Made by a program: the position numbers and the translations under genes | Notes under the pieces: generated by a model | Told to the model about the DNA's origin: nothing | Seen by the model: only the letters and a program-made list of their open reading frames with translations | Databases searched by the model: none | Part shown: one piece after another, positions 26,030 through 36,464 of the stretch | Layout of the letters: every line of letters starts with the position of its first letter | Position numbering within the stretch: the first letter of the stretch is position 1 | Assembly (NCBI GenBank): GCA_951828385.1 | Contig: OX639973.1 | Span: 5,990,845-6,054,844 of the forward strand | Length of the DNA stretch: 64,000 nt | From: an uncultured Poribacteria bacterium | Lineage (GTDB): Bacteria > Poribacteria > WGA-4E > WGA-3G | Reading direction: 5' to 3'

Positions 26030-26950
26030 ATGGTAAAAACTCTCATGTTAATATTAACCACCGTCTTGGTAACTGGTGTCGTTCCGTTCGCGGATGCAGC
26101 AGCGCAGCTAAAATCTGGAGTATATTATATCACGCAGTCGTGGTCACAGGAGACAGCGTTCGATCGTCCCTATTATGTCAGTGTCCCTGAAAGTGCGGAT
26201 CAACAAAAGTTCCCGGTTTTCATTTTTTTACACGGCAATGGTGGCAATGCGAAGGATGCGATGCATGGATTCATGAAGCGGCACCCCACGATGGCAAGCA
26301 GATACGTCATGGTGTTTCCCAACGGATACAAGGCGAGTTGGAACATTGTGTCGGAGCGTTCCAAGGCAGACGATCTCGGATTCGTTGAAGCGATCGTTAA
26401 GAAACTATCCATGTATGACAACATTCAGAACGACAATTTCAGCGTCATGGGGAATTCAAATGGTGCCGCTTTAGTGAACCAGTTGGCGATCGAAAGCAAG
26501 CTGCCAAATCTTCGGAATTATGTGAGCGCAGTCAGCCCGTTGAATGTGTATCAACACGATGGGAAAAATTTCAAAGCCAAAGGTGCCGACAACAATTATC
26601 AAACTGTAGCCACACCAATGACCGGCAAGCGTCTAATGAATATTTCGGGCATCACCGACGATCTGGTCCCTTACAGCGGCGGTCCTTCAAAACACATTCC
26701 TGCCAAGGATGGTAAGTTAGGATTTGTTAATGCCGAAGAATCAATTTTCCTGTGGGCAAGGCAAATAGGATACAGCGGAGAGAAGTTGTCCAAACCCAGC
26801 AGAATCGACAGCACTCTGGAAATCTTCAGCTACCTCAATGGTGACGTGATCCACTACAAGGTCCTCAACGAAGGACACGGCGCATCGCGGGCAATCAGCG
26901 AGAAAATACTACTCGAATTCTTGGAAAGCGATAGGGAACATGATGATTGA
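26030..26950 (+). CDS. secreted alpha/beta-hydrolase (esterase / PHB-depolymerase-like)
   Basis: Signal peptide; FLHGNGGNA oxyanion-region motif; GNSNGA nucleophile elbow. Confidence 0.7.
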   Translation: MVKTLMLILTTVLVTGVVPFADAAAQLKSGVYYITQSWSQETAFDRPYYVSVPESADQQKFPVFIFLHGNGGNAKDAMHGFMKRHPTMASRYVMVFPNGYKASWNIVSERSKADDLGFVEAIVKKLSMYDNIQNDNFSVMGNSNGAALVNQLAIESKLPNLRNYVSAVSPLNVYQHDGKNFKAKGADNNYQTVATPMTGKRLMNISGITDDLVPYSGGPSKHIPAKDGKLGFVNAEESIFLWARQIGYSGEKLSKPSRIDSTLEIFSYLNGDVIHYKVLNEGHGASRAISEKILLEFLESDREHDD

Positions 26951-27112
26951 CCAGCAGTTAAAGGGCAAGGTGATGGTGATTACAGGTACTAATCACCTTG
27001 AAAACCATCAGTCCAAACTCTCTATCGAGTTTGCCGTCGAACCTATGGAACGTGACGAAAAGTGTTTAGCATTTATCATGCCTCTGAAATCGTCGAATGG
27101 GAGATAGTATCT

Positions 27113-27538
27113 ATGAAACAATTAACCGACACTGAGAAACAGCAGCTTCATGTTAAGATTAAAGAAGAACAAAAACGGCAGCAAGTCCTTCAAGAATCGA
27201 ATCCAGACCTACCAGAATCTTTTGAAGCGGCATCGGCAGAAGCACAGGGTATGAGGAGACTTGTGCCGAAGTATCTCTGGAAATACGGTTTTCTCGGGGT
27301 TATTCTTTGCCTGCTTGCTTTCAACGTAGTTCTATTTTTTAATGGACGAGATTCCGGTTCTGCAAAGGCCCTCAATCTCAACCTCATGGTGGCTTTGATG
27401 CTACTATTCAATCATATTGCCTATTATTTTACGACAAAAGGTTGGAAAAGTTGGGTAATGAAAACGGTCGCATGGGTTTGGATAGTATTCGTATTCGTCT
27501 ACATATATGTAAGCGGAATAATGAGATTTGATTTTTAG
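27113..27538 (+). CDS. small membrane protein (paralog B)
   Basis: MKQLTDTEKQQL...; collinear with the 25502-25915 product; GGGAGA RBS. Confidence 0.6.
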   Translation: MKQLTDTEKQQLHVKIKEEQKRQQVLQESNPDLPESFEAASAEAQGMRRLVPKYLWKYGFLGVILCLLAFNVVLFFNGRDSGSAKALNLNLMVALMLLFNHIAYYFTTKGWKSWVMKTVAWVWIVFVFVYIYVSGIMRFDF

Positions 27539-27545
27539 AGGAAAA

Positions 27546-28265
27546 ATGATTAAAGCAGTATTCTTTGATCTTGACGGCACACTCTGTGACTCCGATACGG
27601 CATGGAACATCGCACAAAGCGAAACATTTCAACGTTTACGTAAACATTATCCTCATGTTTCAGGAAAGGCTATTACAAACGCATGGACAACCGTTCATCA
27701 GAAGCTCTTCCAGCAACTCGACGCGGGGAAACTTTCTATGGCAGAAGTGAGAGACGCACGGTTCCAATGTCTATTTGAAGAATTGGGTTTACCCGCAGAT
27801 AAAGTCATGGAAGCACTCAGCGACTTCTTCTGTTCGCGTTACCTCACAAGTTTACGGCTTTACGAAGATGTCACAGTCCTTGAGAAACTACACACATACC
27901 ATGTCGGTATCATTACAAACGGTGCACACGATGAACACACCGACAGCCAACTTTCTAAAGTCCGACACCTTGGACTCAGCGAACGTATTCAGTCGCTGAC
28001 AATCTCCGGTGAAATCGGTGTCAGAAAACCGAAGGTTGAAATCTTCAAACTGGTTTGTGAACGCGCTGACGTTTTACCGGAAGAGGCAGTGTACGTCGGT
28101 GATTCCGTTCAAAACGACATCGTTGGTGCCAACCGTGCAGGCATGACAAGCGTTTTCATCAACCGAAAATCGGAAGAACTAATACCGCAGATAGCAGACG
28201 AGCAACCTGACTATGCAATTTCAAGTCTACATGATGTTTCGTCCTGCTTGAAGAACAGACGGTAG
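27546..28265 (+). CDS. HAD-superfamily hydrolase
   Basis: Motif I FFDLDGTL; motif IV YVGDSVQNDI. Confidence 0.8.
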   Translation: MIKAVFFDLDGTLCDSDTAWNIAQSETFQRLRKHYPHVSGKAITNAWTTVHQKLFQQLDAGKLSMAEVRDARFQCLFEELGLPADKVMEALSDFFCSRYLTSLRLYEDVTVLEKLHTYHVGIITNGAHDEHTDSQLSKVRHLGLSERIQSLTISGEIGVRKPKVEIFKLVCERADVLPEEAVYVGDSVQNDIVGANRAGMTSVFINRKSEELIPQIADEQPDYAISSLHDVSSCLKNRR

Positions 28266-28329
28266 GCGAATCGCGGAGGTTGACACTAATTGTAGCAAAG
28301 TTAGCAAAAGAGGTAAGGAACATCAAACC

Positions 28330-29853
28330 ATGAACACAGCCATCGAAAAAACAGAGGCACTTATTCACAGTAGACGGGTGCTGGATGCAATGTACGAAGA
28401 CGATCCTTATCGACCGCGCTATCACTTCACACCGCCATTTGGCTGGATGAACGATATCAACGGTTCAATCTTTTGGAAGGGACGCTACCATATCTTCTAT
28501 CAGCACAACCCCGAAGGTGGCTATTGGAAGTGGATGCAATGGGGACACGCCTCGAGTGTCGATCTGGTACATTGGGTGCATCACCCGATCGCTTTAACAC
28601 CCGACCTTGACGGACCTGACCGGGGCGGATGTTTTAGCGGCGGTGCACTCGTGAATCGAGACGGTGTTCCGACGTTCATCTATCATGGAATCCCCGATGG
28701 CACATGTATCGCAACGAGTCATGATGATCTGCTCATTACGTGGGACAAGCATCCCGCCAATCCAGTGATTCCAGTACCAAAACCGGGTGAGAAGGGGCAT
28801 GGTGAATATATTGTGTTTGACCCGTGTGCTTGGGTGGAAGGTGATACGTATTACGCACTCATCGGGAACACGATACCCGGACAGATTGGAGATGGAACCG
28901 CGCTGTTTAAGTCGTCTAACCTCGTAGACTGGGAATTCGTGCGTTCCTTTTATCAATCACGGCGCGAGTGGACAGACCCGGAGGAGGACTGTGCTGTTCC
29001 GGATTTTTATCCGTTAGGCGACAAGCACATGTTGCTGTTTTGTAGCCACTGGCAAGGCACACAGTATTACATCGGACGATTTGAAAATGAGGCATATCAC
29101 GTCGAAACCTACGGACGGATGAGTTGGGAAGGTGGATTGCTCGGTGGACCCCGATCACTTTTAGACGCGCAAGGACGGCGTATCTTTTTCGATTGGATTC
29201 GCGAAATCCGTGGTGTTGAACAGGAACGCGCTTCCGGTTGGTCGGGCGTTATGACAGTGCCACGCATCCTGTCCCTTGCAACAGACGGGAGTCTGCTGAT
29301 TGAACCGGTACCAGAGTTGGAATGCCTACGGATGAACCCAAAAACGCGTGAAAATATCACCCTGAACACCGATGATGAGATGAATTTAGAAGAGATTCAA
29401 GGAAACTGCCTTGAGTTGGCTGTTGAAATTGATCTCGGTGCTGCAGCCGAAGTCGGCGTTCAAGTCCTCTGCTCACCTGATCAGGCTGAACGCACCGGAA
29501 TTCTGTATGTGCCAGCGGAAGGCACTTTAAAAATTGACATTAGCCGTTCTACCTTAAACGAAGCCATCCGCTATCCACACTACCGGGACGCGGGCGGCAC
29601 TGCGAGACTACCGGAATCAGAGCAGTTTGTTGACGCACAGTGCGCGCCGTTCTCACTGAAAGACAACGAAACACTTCAATTTCGCATCTATGTCGATAAA
29701 TCTGTGGTTGAGGTATTCGCGAACGGTAGGCAGTGTATTACACAACGCGTCTATCCCACACGAGCCGACAGCACCGGTGTGAGAGTGGTGAGCCGTGGCG
29801 GGCAGGCACATTTCCGATCCGTTCAAGCGTGGGAGATGGCACCCGCATTTTGA
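28330..29853 (+). CDS. glycoside hydrolase family 32 (beta-fructofuranosidase/levanase-like)
   Basis: WMNDINGSIFWKGRYHIFYQHNP catalytic N-terminal block; FSGGA; five-bladed propeller plus C-terminal beta-sandwich length. Confidence 0.85.
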   Translation: MNTAIEKTEALIHSRRVLDAMYEDDPYRPRYHFTPPFGWMNDINGSIFWKGRYHIFYQHNPEGGYWKWMQWGHASSVDLVHWVHHPIALTPDLDGPDRGGCFSGGALVNRDGVPTFIYHGIPDGTCIATSHDDLLITWDKHPANPVIPVPKPGEKGHGEYIVFDPCAWVEGDTYYALIGNTIPGQIGDGTALFKSSNLVDWEFVRSFYQSRREWTDPEEDCAVPDFYPLGDKHMLLFCSHWQGTQYYIGRFENEAYHVETYGRMSWEGGLLGGPRSLLDAQGRRIFFDWIREIRGVEQERASGWSGVMTVPRILSLATDGSLLIEPVPELECLRMNPKTRENITLNTDDEMNLEEIQGNCLELAVEIDLGAAAEVGVQVLCSPDQAERTGILYVPAEGTLKIDISRSTLNEAIRYPHYRDAGGTARLPESEQFVDAQCAPFSLKDNETLQFRIYVDKSVVEVFANGRQCITQRVYPTRADSTGVRVVSRGGQAHFRSVQAWEMAPAF

Positions 29854-29999
29854 GAGGTTGTCTTGTCAATAACGACTCTTGTGAATTTACTAATAAAAAA
29901 GAGGGTTTGGAGAGTTTCATCTCACGGACTTGAAAGAGCAACTCGAGAAAGCGACTCTGGAGAAATTCAAGGATGGTTCGTTTAATGGCTAAACATTGC

Positions 30000-30029
30000 T
30001 TGCATATTTAAATCTGTTTATGATATACT
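30000..30029 (+). promoter_or_regulatory. candidate sigma70-type promoter
   Basis: TTGCAT (30000-30005), an 18-nt spacer, then TG-n-TATACT (30021-30029); about 60 nt upstream of ATG 30090. Confidence 0.35.
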
Positions 30030-30089
30030 CATAAATACCCGTTCCATTGGATATCACTACAACGAACCATCACTTCATAGGAGAAACTC

Positions 30090-30434
30090 ATGGAAACCAA
30101 GCGGCCTAGTGAGGATATAATTGTCGGATATGAAAACTTTCTACTTCAAAAAGACCAATAGTATAGTCGAGAGTTATCTGAAGTAAGATCTCACTTAGAG
30201 GCGCGCGTTAAAGAAGTAAAAACAGATCTTGAGAAAGACATTAGAGAAGTCAAGACTGATCTCAAGGATGACATCAGGAACCTTAAAGAAGACCTCAAAA
30301 GTGACATTCAAGGAGTTCGGGAAGACTTCAAGGATAGACTATCTGGATTGAGGACATTTATAGGTATAGCCGTTGCTATTGCAGCTATCATTATTCCTCT
30401 AGCTGTTAAGGCTCTCTCGCTTATAGGAGATTAA
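30090..30434 (+). pseudogene. coiled-coil, C-terminally membrane-anchored protein interrupted by an in-frame TAG (30159-30161)
   Basis: ATG 30090 follows AGGAGA. There are 23 codons, then TAG. The same frame stays open for 90 more codons (periodic VKTDLEKDIREVKTDLKDDIRNLKEDLKSDIQ and a TM tail IGIAVAIAAIIIPLAV) with no ATG/GTG start after the TAG. Confidence 0.5.
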
Positions 30435-30436
30435 CA

Positions 30437-30760
30437 ATGTCAGAAAAACCACCAGGATTTGAAGAATATACACCCTCCCGTTTAGAGTGGTTAGCTGTGA
30501 TGCTGAATTCCTATGTTCATTATACATATGACACGCTGAAAATGGACTATGGCGTTGAAGGTCTTTTTATTCCAAATGGAGATGGGAAGACTCTCATATT
30601 GAAAATCAGATATTTTGCAGATGCCAGTCTCGAATTGGTAGAAGGTTTCTCGGAAAATGTAAAAACATTTGCTTTGCAAATAGCGAAAGGACACAAATGG
30701 GATTCATGGCTAAAAATTCATACAAAATTTGAACCAATTGATAGACCCTCAGAAAATTAG
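30437..30760 (+). CDS. hypothetical protein
   Basis: 107-aa ORF starting 2 nt after the preceding stop; no recognisable motif. Confidence 0.45.
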   Translation: MSEKPPGFEEYTPSRLEWLAVMLNSYVHYTYDTLKMDYGVEGLFIPNGDGKTLILKIRYFADASLELVEGFSENVKTFALQIAKGHKWDSWLKIHTKFEPIDRPSEN

Positions 30761-31059
30761 CATGACTAAAAATTAACATCCTAAGACTTTGCCGCGCTAC
30801 TGTCAATTCCTTGCCTATCTCGAATTACATTCTTCAAATGCTGTTCTACAAGAGTTTAGCAAACTGCAGGCGCGAAACCGCTCACGGGGTAGGTAAGATT
30901 TTCCAACCTCGCCGGTGCACATCGTATTGTTAATTGTGGAATCTATTATGAACAATCCTACCGCGTGTTAAAGAGGTTGGCTTTTACGTCAAGATATCAT
31001 ATACCCCTATCAGTTTCGTTGAACATAGGTGTTAAACGGCAACTTGTGAGGTGAACATC

Positions 31060-31869
31060 ATGGCTTATGAAATTCCGAAAACAGTCTTAGGTCGCACTGG
31101 TTTAACAGTTACCCGACTCGGTAGCGGGGGCGCGTATTGTGAATCCGTTGACGGGTACCGTAAAGCCATTGATGCCGGTATCAATTATATGGATACGGCA
31201 CGATCCTACAGAGATGGTGAAGATGAAAAGGTCATCGGAGCCGCTATAAAGGGGCAACGCGATAAACTCATTCTTGCGACGAAAACTGCTAAGCGCGACG
31301 CAAAAGGCGCGCGGACAGAACTTGAAACATCGTTGCAGAGGCTTGGTGTTGACTACATCGACATTTACCAACTGCATCACCTGAACACGGAAAAGGAACG
31401 AGACCAAGCGTTGGCACCCGGCGGTGCATTGGAGATGGCGCGAAAAGCACGAGAGGAAGGACTGATCCGCTTCATCGGCGTTACGGGGCATGATTGGGTC
31501 CAGATTCAGCACGCTGTTGCAACGGGGCATTTCGATACTGTCTTATGCTGGTATAACTGTGCGATGAAAACGCCAGAAGATACAGTTTTTCCTGCTGCTG
31601 ACAAACACAATACAGGGGTTGTCATTATGAACGCCTCGCGGAATGACAGACTTTTTGGAGACGCAGACGCGCCGTCTCCAGAACAATTCTACCGCTATGT
31701 ACTCAGCCATAAGAGTGTGAATCTAACGATCATGGGATTGAGAGACGTTGAACGGTTCCATCGAATTGCAGAAGCACTCTCCGAACGAGAGACCTTGACA
31801 CCAGAGGAACAAGCGGATTTGGAAAAATATGGCGCGCAGCGGCTCGAAGCAGGCGCACTGACACCGTAA
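31060..31869 (+). CDS. aldo/keto reductase
   Basis: GRTGLTVTRLGSGG...DTARSYRDGEDE...YIDIYQLHH. Confidence 0.8.
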   Translation: MAYEIPKTVLGRTGLTVTRLGSGGAYCESVDGYRKAIDAGINYMDTARSYRDGEDEKVIGAAIKGQRDKLILATKTAKRDAKGARTELETSLQRLGVDYIDIYQLHHLNTEKERDQALAPGGALEMARKAREEGLIRFIGVTGHDWVQIQHAVATGHFDTVLCWYNCAMKTPEDTVFPAADKHNTGVVIMNASRNDRLFGDADAPSPEQFYRYVLSHKSVNLTIMGLRDVERFHRIAEALSERETLTPEEQADLEKYGAQRLEAGALTP

Positions 31870-32394
31870 GTCCGATGCTAAAAATGGGAGGACAAGTGAA
31901 CTTGTTAGCAAACGGATGGAATTTCAATGGGTGATAGACCCCTTGCTAAAGCATAGGGACTTCCGCAAAGTTTTTCTAAGCGAAAGCATTTGTGGCTTCA
32001 AACGACATTGCTTTCATTTTGAGAATGTCAAAAACGAAAGTCTTACGATGCCTAAGCACAAGGGACGCTATCCCGACCCCGCACCGAAGTGCCTTATGAA
32101 CAGTTTGATGTGTCTGAAAGGCTATTAACCTCTTTACATTCTCGTGGGATACAACATGACTTGGATTTCCCGAACACATGTCAAGCATATTTTAGATATT
32201 TATTGAGGCGTATGAGGCTTTTACACAGTTGTCTCAAATACCAAGCAATATACCAGTGCATCAACTGTAACCAATGCCGAATACAAAGAAAAGTGTATCA
32301 CATTTTTAGTTTAGAGTCAAAGGTTTTTTTGACACAATACAGGAGCGGTTCTGTATCCCCCGTCTAAAGACTAAGGGTTTTAGAACCGAAGAAT

Positions 32395-33669
32395 TTGGAT
32401 AAAAGCGCATCAGATCAGACGAACAACCGTTTGGAAGAATCCTATCCGCATGAAAAACGCAATTTAATTGTATTCGCGCTCAACCAGATTCTGATGCGTC
32501 TCGGTTGGATGTTCAAAGCAGAGTCTGTCGTCATTCCAGCGTTTATTGATGTCTATACCGCGTCGGGAACCATCCGCGGGTTGCTACCGCTCATTCTACG
32601 AATCGGGCAAAGTCTGCCCCAATTTCTCGTCGCGCAACGTGTCGCCCGGATGCCGAAAAAACAAGGGTTCTTTATTTTCACGGGATTCGGTTTTGCCCTC
32701 CCTTGGTGCGTATTAGCCGGGATATTAAGCCTAACACGCTGGTCAGGGAATGTCATTGTCGCTGTTTTTCTTGTGCTCTGTACCTTACACTGGCTCGCGG
32801 TGGGTTGCAATCATTTGGCAAACGGAACGCTGCAGGGGAAATTGATCAGCCCCGAAAAACGGGGCAGGCTACTCGCCTATTCCAATATCATCGGTTGTAC
32901 GCTTGCCATCGGTGTCGCTTTTTACCTCTTACCGCGTTGGCTTTCTGAGAGTCCTGCGCGGTATGAGATGCTCTTTGGGGCGACGGCTCTTTTCTTTGGG
33001 GTCGCAGCGGCGGTCAGTTTCTACTTTAGAGAACTCCCTTCACAGCCAGAGGGCACCGCACCTTTTTTCAAATTTCTCGGTGATGCACTCCTCTTATTGA
33101 GATATGATAGAAATTTTCGGCGATTCGCAATCGTTATCCTGCTATTTTATTCGATCTGGCCCCTTTTCCCACACTATACCGTTTTCGGAAAGCGGACGTT
33201 AGGACTTGTCCCTTCTGGTTTCGTCACGCTGATAATTGCCCAGAATGCATCTAATGCTATCGGTGCCGGGATCATGGGCAACGTCGCAGACCGTTCAGGG
33301 AACCGATTCGTCTTGCGTATCCTGATATTCATCAGTGCCTGTATGCCGCTTTTAGCGGTCGGCATTAGTCGGATGCCAACTGGCGCCCAGTTTTACTGGA
33401 TTATCTTTGCCCTTATGGGGTTCACACCGGTGTCAGCCCGCATCGTCACAAACTACACGCTTGAAATCGCGCCACAGGAGAAACACCCCCAATATCTCGG
33501 TGTGATGAGTCTGTTTCAGGCGATCCCGCTGTTCGTTTCACCCTTGATTGGGGCATTAATCGAGGAATTCGCCTTTGAACCGGTTTTTATTGGCGGCGGT
33601 GTACTTGTTTTGGTAGGGTTCTTGCTAACCTTCCGATTGGCTGAACCCCGATTTAGCCAAAGTGCCTAA
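32395..33669 (+). CDS. MFS-type transporter
   Basis: About 12 hydrophobic segments by eye; the TTG start is uncertain. Confidence 0.6.
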   Translation: MDKSASDQTNNRLEESYPHEKRNLIVFALNQILMRLGWMFKAESVVIPAFIDVYTASGTIRGLLPLILRIGQSLPQFLVAQRVARMPKKQGFFIFTGFGFALPWCVLAGILSLTRWSGNVIVAVFLVLCTLHWLAVGCNHLANGTLQGKLISPEKRGRLLAYSNIIGCTLAIGVAFYLLPRWLSESPARYEMLFGATALFFGVAAAVSFYFRELPSQPEGTAPFFKFLGDALLLLRYDRNFRRFAIVILLFYSIWPLFPHYTVFGKRTLGLVPSGFVTLIIAQNASNAIGAGIMGNVADRSGNRFVLRILIFISACMPLLAVGISRMPTGAQFYWIIFALMGFTPVSARIVTNYTLEIAPQEKHPQYLGVMSLFQAIPLFVSPLIGALIEEFAFEPVFIGGGVLVLVGFLLTFRLAEPRFSQSA

Positions 33670-33827
33670 TACCATTTCTGTTAATAAACCTCTCTTTATG
33701 TAGAATAAACTTTTAGTTTGTTCCGCATCGCTACGCATTTCACGAAAACCGGTAGTGTGATAACATTATTTAGGAATGGTATAAGAATCGGTGTTCCTTT
33801 ATAAGGTGCGTTGGGTAAACACAACAT

Positions 33828-36464
33828 TTATCTTTCTATCTGAACGGTTCTATCCAAGTCCCAGAGGAGAATCGTTCCATCATCACTACTACTTGCGAGA
33901 GTTTTCCCATCAGGTGAGAATCGCAGTATCCTGACGGTACTTGTGTGTCCAGCAAAAGTTGTCAGTATCCGTCCACTCGGAATTTCCCACAGACGAATGA
34001 GGTATGATCTGCCTAACTGGCTGTCATACACACTTCCACCGGCGAGGATTTTCCCATCAGGTGAGAATGCCACAGCGAAAACCTGGTTTGTATAGGTCGG
34101 AAGTGTTAGCATTTCGTTACCGGTGATGGCATCCCACAACCGGATCGTCATATCATCGCTCCCACTCGCAAGGATTTTCCTATCGGGTGAAAACGCGAAC
34201 GTCCAGATATCGCTTTTATGTTCGGTGATTCGATACATTTCGCGACCGGTTGCGACCTCCTGTACCTGAATGTGTTTTCGATCTTCGTCAATCTTAGCAG
34301 TGATGACACGATTGGGTAAATTCGGAGATTGTTTGCCGAGCGTTTTTTTTATGGTTTCTTTAATGTCAGGTGCTGAGATTTGGACACCCGTGGTTGTATC
34401 CCAAAACAGATGTTGATCTTCGTTCCCCCAACGCACAAGCGTACTGACAAGTGTCTGTCCATCTTCAGAAAACGCCAGTATGCTGGGATCTCTACCGTGC
34501 CCTGTGGCGAAAGTAGAGAGATCCGTTCCAGTTTCTAAGTCCCATTTGTGAATAGTACCGTCCCAATTGCCTGTCAAGATAGTGCTGCCATCCGGCGAGA
34601 CTGCTAACGCCTCAAGTTGATCCGTATGTTCTGTAGGTATTGACATCAACAGCCTACCGGTTATCACATCCCATTTATGTACAAACCTTTTCCTTCCAAC
34701 GGTTTCTCTACCTAAATAACCGCTACCGATAAGGGTAGTACCATCTGGAGAAAATGCCAGATTTTTAGGAAAAGGGACATAGGACATGTTGCGTGAATGT
34801 GGTTTATCTTTTTGAAATGTATATAATATGATGCTATCTACTGAACTACTAGCGAGCGTTTTCCCGTCGGGTGAAAATGCCAACCCTTTAAGAAGACCAC
34901 GTTTGTGATCTCTAACCGTTGCAAACTTCCGTCCAGTTTCTGCCTTCCAGAGTCGCATAATGCTGTCCCGATGTCCGCTCGCAAAGGTTTTCCCATCAGG
35001 TGAAAAAGCGAGTGCTTCAACTCCGTTCGGATTTGGTACCTTTCTACCCTTATCGAGCCAAATTTTGGACCTACGGATTAGGTTATCTGTGTATCCGGCG
35101 TGACGTTTAACCTCTTCGCCTGTCTCCACATCCCAAAGGATTAGCACCCCTTTCCATGACCTGTCGCCACTGACGACGGTTTTTCCATCGGGTGACACCG
35201 CAATGGCACCGATGCCAGCCCGATGTCCAGCGAAAAGGGCGGTCTGTTTGCCGGTATCTATGTCCCACAACCGCACTGTTCCATCAAAACTTCCACTCGC
35301 GAGGAAGCGGCCGTCTGCGGGGAAACCCAATGAAGTAACCCTGCCTGTGTGGCCTGTCAGGAGGGTGAGTTCCTCTCCAGTCTGCGCATCGTATATCCAG
35401 ATGCCTATATCCGTTGCAACTGCTATGCGATTGCCATCTGGCGTATATTTGATGTCCTGTAATAAACCTTTTCCGAGTCGGAGTTTCGCACTTTCAGGAA
35501 GCTGCCATTGAGAATAATCTGTATCTGTTTCCGCTGATTCAGCGTCTGCAACCGATGCCGACATAGCGTTAGGCTGCCGGTTGCCGGTATCACTTTTGCT
35601 CGGTGTATTGATATTTCCCAACTGCATCCGAACATCCGGCTTGGATTCGAGGTTTAGCACAATAGGTGCCTCAATCAATTCCACCGTCATCTCTGATGCA
35701 GCATCGAAACTATACGGCTTTTGGAAACGCGACAAGTATTGACTACCAACACCCAACATTAAAAGGACAACTGCTAACGTAGACGCGGCGAGCACCCACG
35801 GCACCAACGGTTTACTGTTCGGTGGCGCGACCGGTTTCAGACGCGAAATTTCACGCATGATATTTTCTGTTAAATTCGGTGTGATCTGGAAATTGCCTAA
35901 AGCCTCTCGTATCATCGGTTCCTCCTTTTTTAATCGTTGCCGCGCACGGTAGAGACGACTCTTAATCGTACTTACCGATACACCCAAGAACTCACTTATC
36001 TCTTCGTACGTCATTCCCCCAAGGTAGTAGAGCGTGATGACGATCCGGTCACTCTCCTGAAGTTTGGCAAGCAGTTTTTTGACGACTTCGCGCTGCGCTT
36101 CTGCAGTTGTCCGTTCGTTTTCCGCAATGACATATCCCGAATAGGTCGCTTTTTCTAATTCTGCGCTGGTTGTGTCTTCCAAGGACTGTGTTGACAAACG
36201 TTTCTTACGCATCCACATCTTGCAGTAGTTCGCCGCGATCACATAGAGCCAACCCGCAAACTTCTGCGGTTCCTTCAGCGTCGAAAGGTTCTGATACGCT
36301 TTTAGAAAGGTATCTTGCGTAATCTCTTCGGCGACATGAAAATCTCCAGTTTTCCGCCACGCGAGCGCGTGCACCGGTTTCTGGTGTTTTTTTACAAGTG
36401 CGGAGAACGCAATATCGTCACCGTCAAGCACGCGTTGGATGAGCTTAGCATCGTCGTTTTTCAT
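33828..36464 (-). CDS. ECF sigma-70 factor fused through one TM helix to a large WD40 beta-propeller domain
   Basis: Region 2 (FSALVKKHQKPVHALAWRKTGDFHVAEEITQDTFLKAY). Region 4 HTH (YYLGGMTYEEISEFLGVSVSTIKSRLYRARQRL). TM helix PWVLAASTLAVVLLMLGVG. More than 10 repeats of the type GH...V.S.AFSPDG..LASGS.D.T.RLWD. Confidence 0.85.
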   Translation of the reverse strand: MKNDDAKLIQRVLDGDDIAFSALVKKHQKPVHALAWRKTGDFHVAEEITQDTFLKAYQNLSTLKEPQKFAGWLYVIAANYCKMWMRKKRLSTQSLEDTTSAELEKATYSGYVIAENERTTAEAQREVVKKLLAKLQESDRIVITLYYLGGMTYEEISEFLGVSVSTIKSRLYRARQRLKKEEPMIREALGNFQITPNLTENIMREISRLKPVAPPNSKPLVPWVLAASTLAVVLLMLGVGSQYLSRFQKPYSFDAASEMTVELIEAPIVLNLESKPDVRMQLGNINTPSKSDTGNRQPNAMSASVADAESAETDTDYSQWQLPESAKLRLGKGLLQDIKYTPDGNRIAVATDIGIWIYDAQTGEELTLLTGHTGRVTSLGFPADGRFLASGSFDGTVRLWDIDTGKQTALFAGHRAGIGAIAVSPDGKTVVSGDRSWKGVLILWDVETGEEVKRHAGYTDNLIRRSKIWLDKGRKVPNPNGVEALAFSPDGKTFASGHRDSIMRLWKAETGRKFATVRDHKRGLLKGLAFSPDGKTLASSSVDSIILYTFQKDKPHSRNMSYVPFPKNLAFSPDGTTLIGSGYLGRETVGRKRFVHKWDVITGRLLMSIPTEHTDQLEALAVSPDGSTILTGNWDGTIHKWDLETGTDLSTFATGHGRDPSILAFSEDGQTLVSTLVRWGNEDQHLFWDTTTGVQISAPDIKETIKKTLGKQSPNLPNRVITAKIDEDRKHIQVQEVATGREMYRITEHKSDIWTFAFSPDRKILASGSDDMTIRLWDAITGNEMLTLPTYTNQVFAVAFSPDGKILAGGSVYDSQLGRSYLIRLWEIPSGRILTTFAGHTSTVRILRFSPDGKTLASSSDDGTILLWDLDRTVQIER

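Noticed and set aside
26940-27105. 55-codon ORF overlapping the esterase stop, with an SDR-like KGKVMVITG start
   Set aside because: It is too short to be an SDR, has no following domain, and has no equivalent before the paralogous membrane-protein gene. At most it is a gene remnant.
31916-32367. Two short ORFs (70 and 92 aa) in the 525-bp spacer upstream of the MFS gene
   Set aside because: They lack an RBS, are A/T-rich with non-coding-like composition, and show no motifs. I also found no convincing RNA structure there, so the region is left unannotated.
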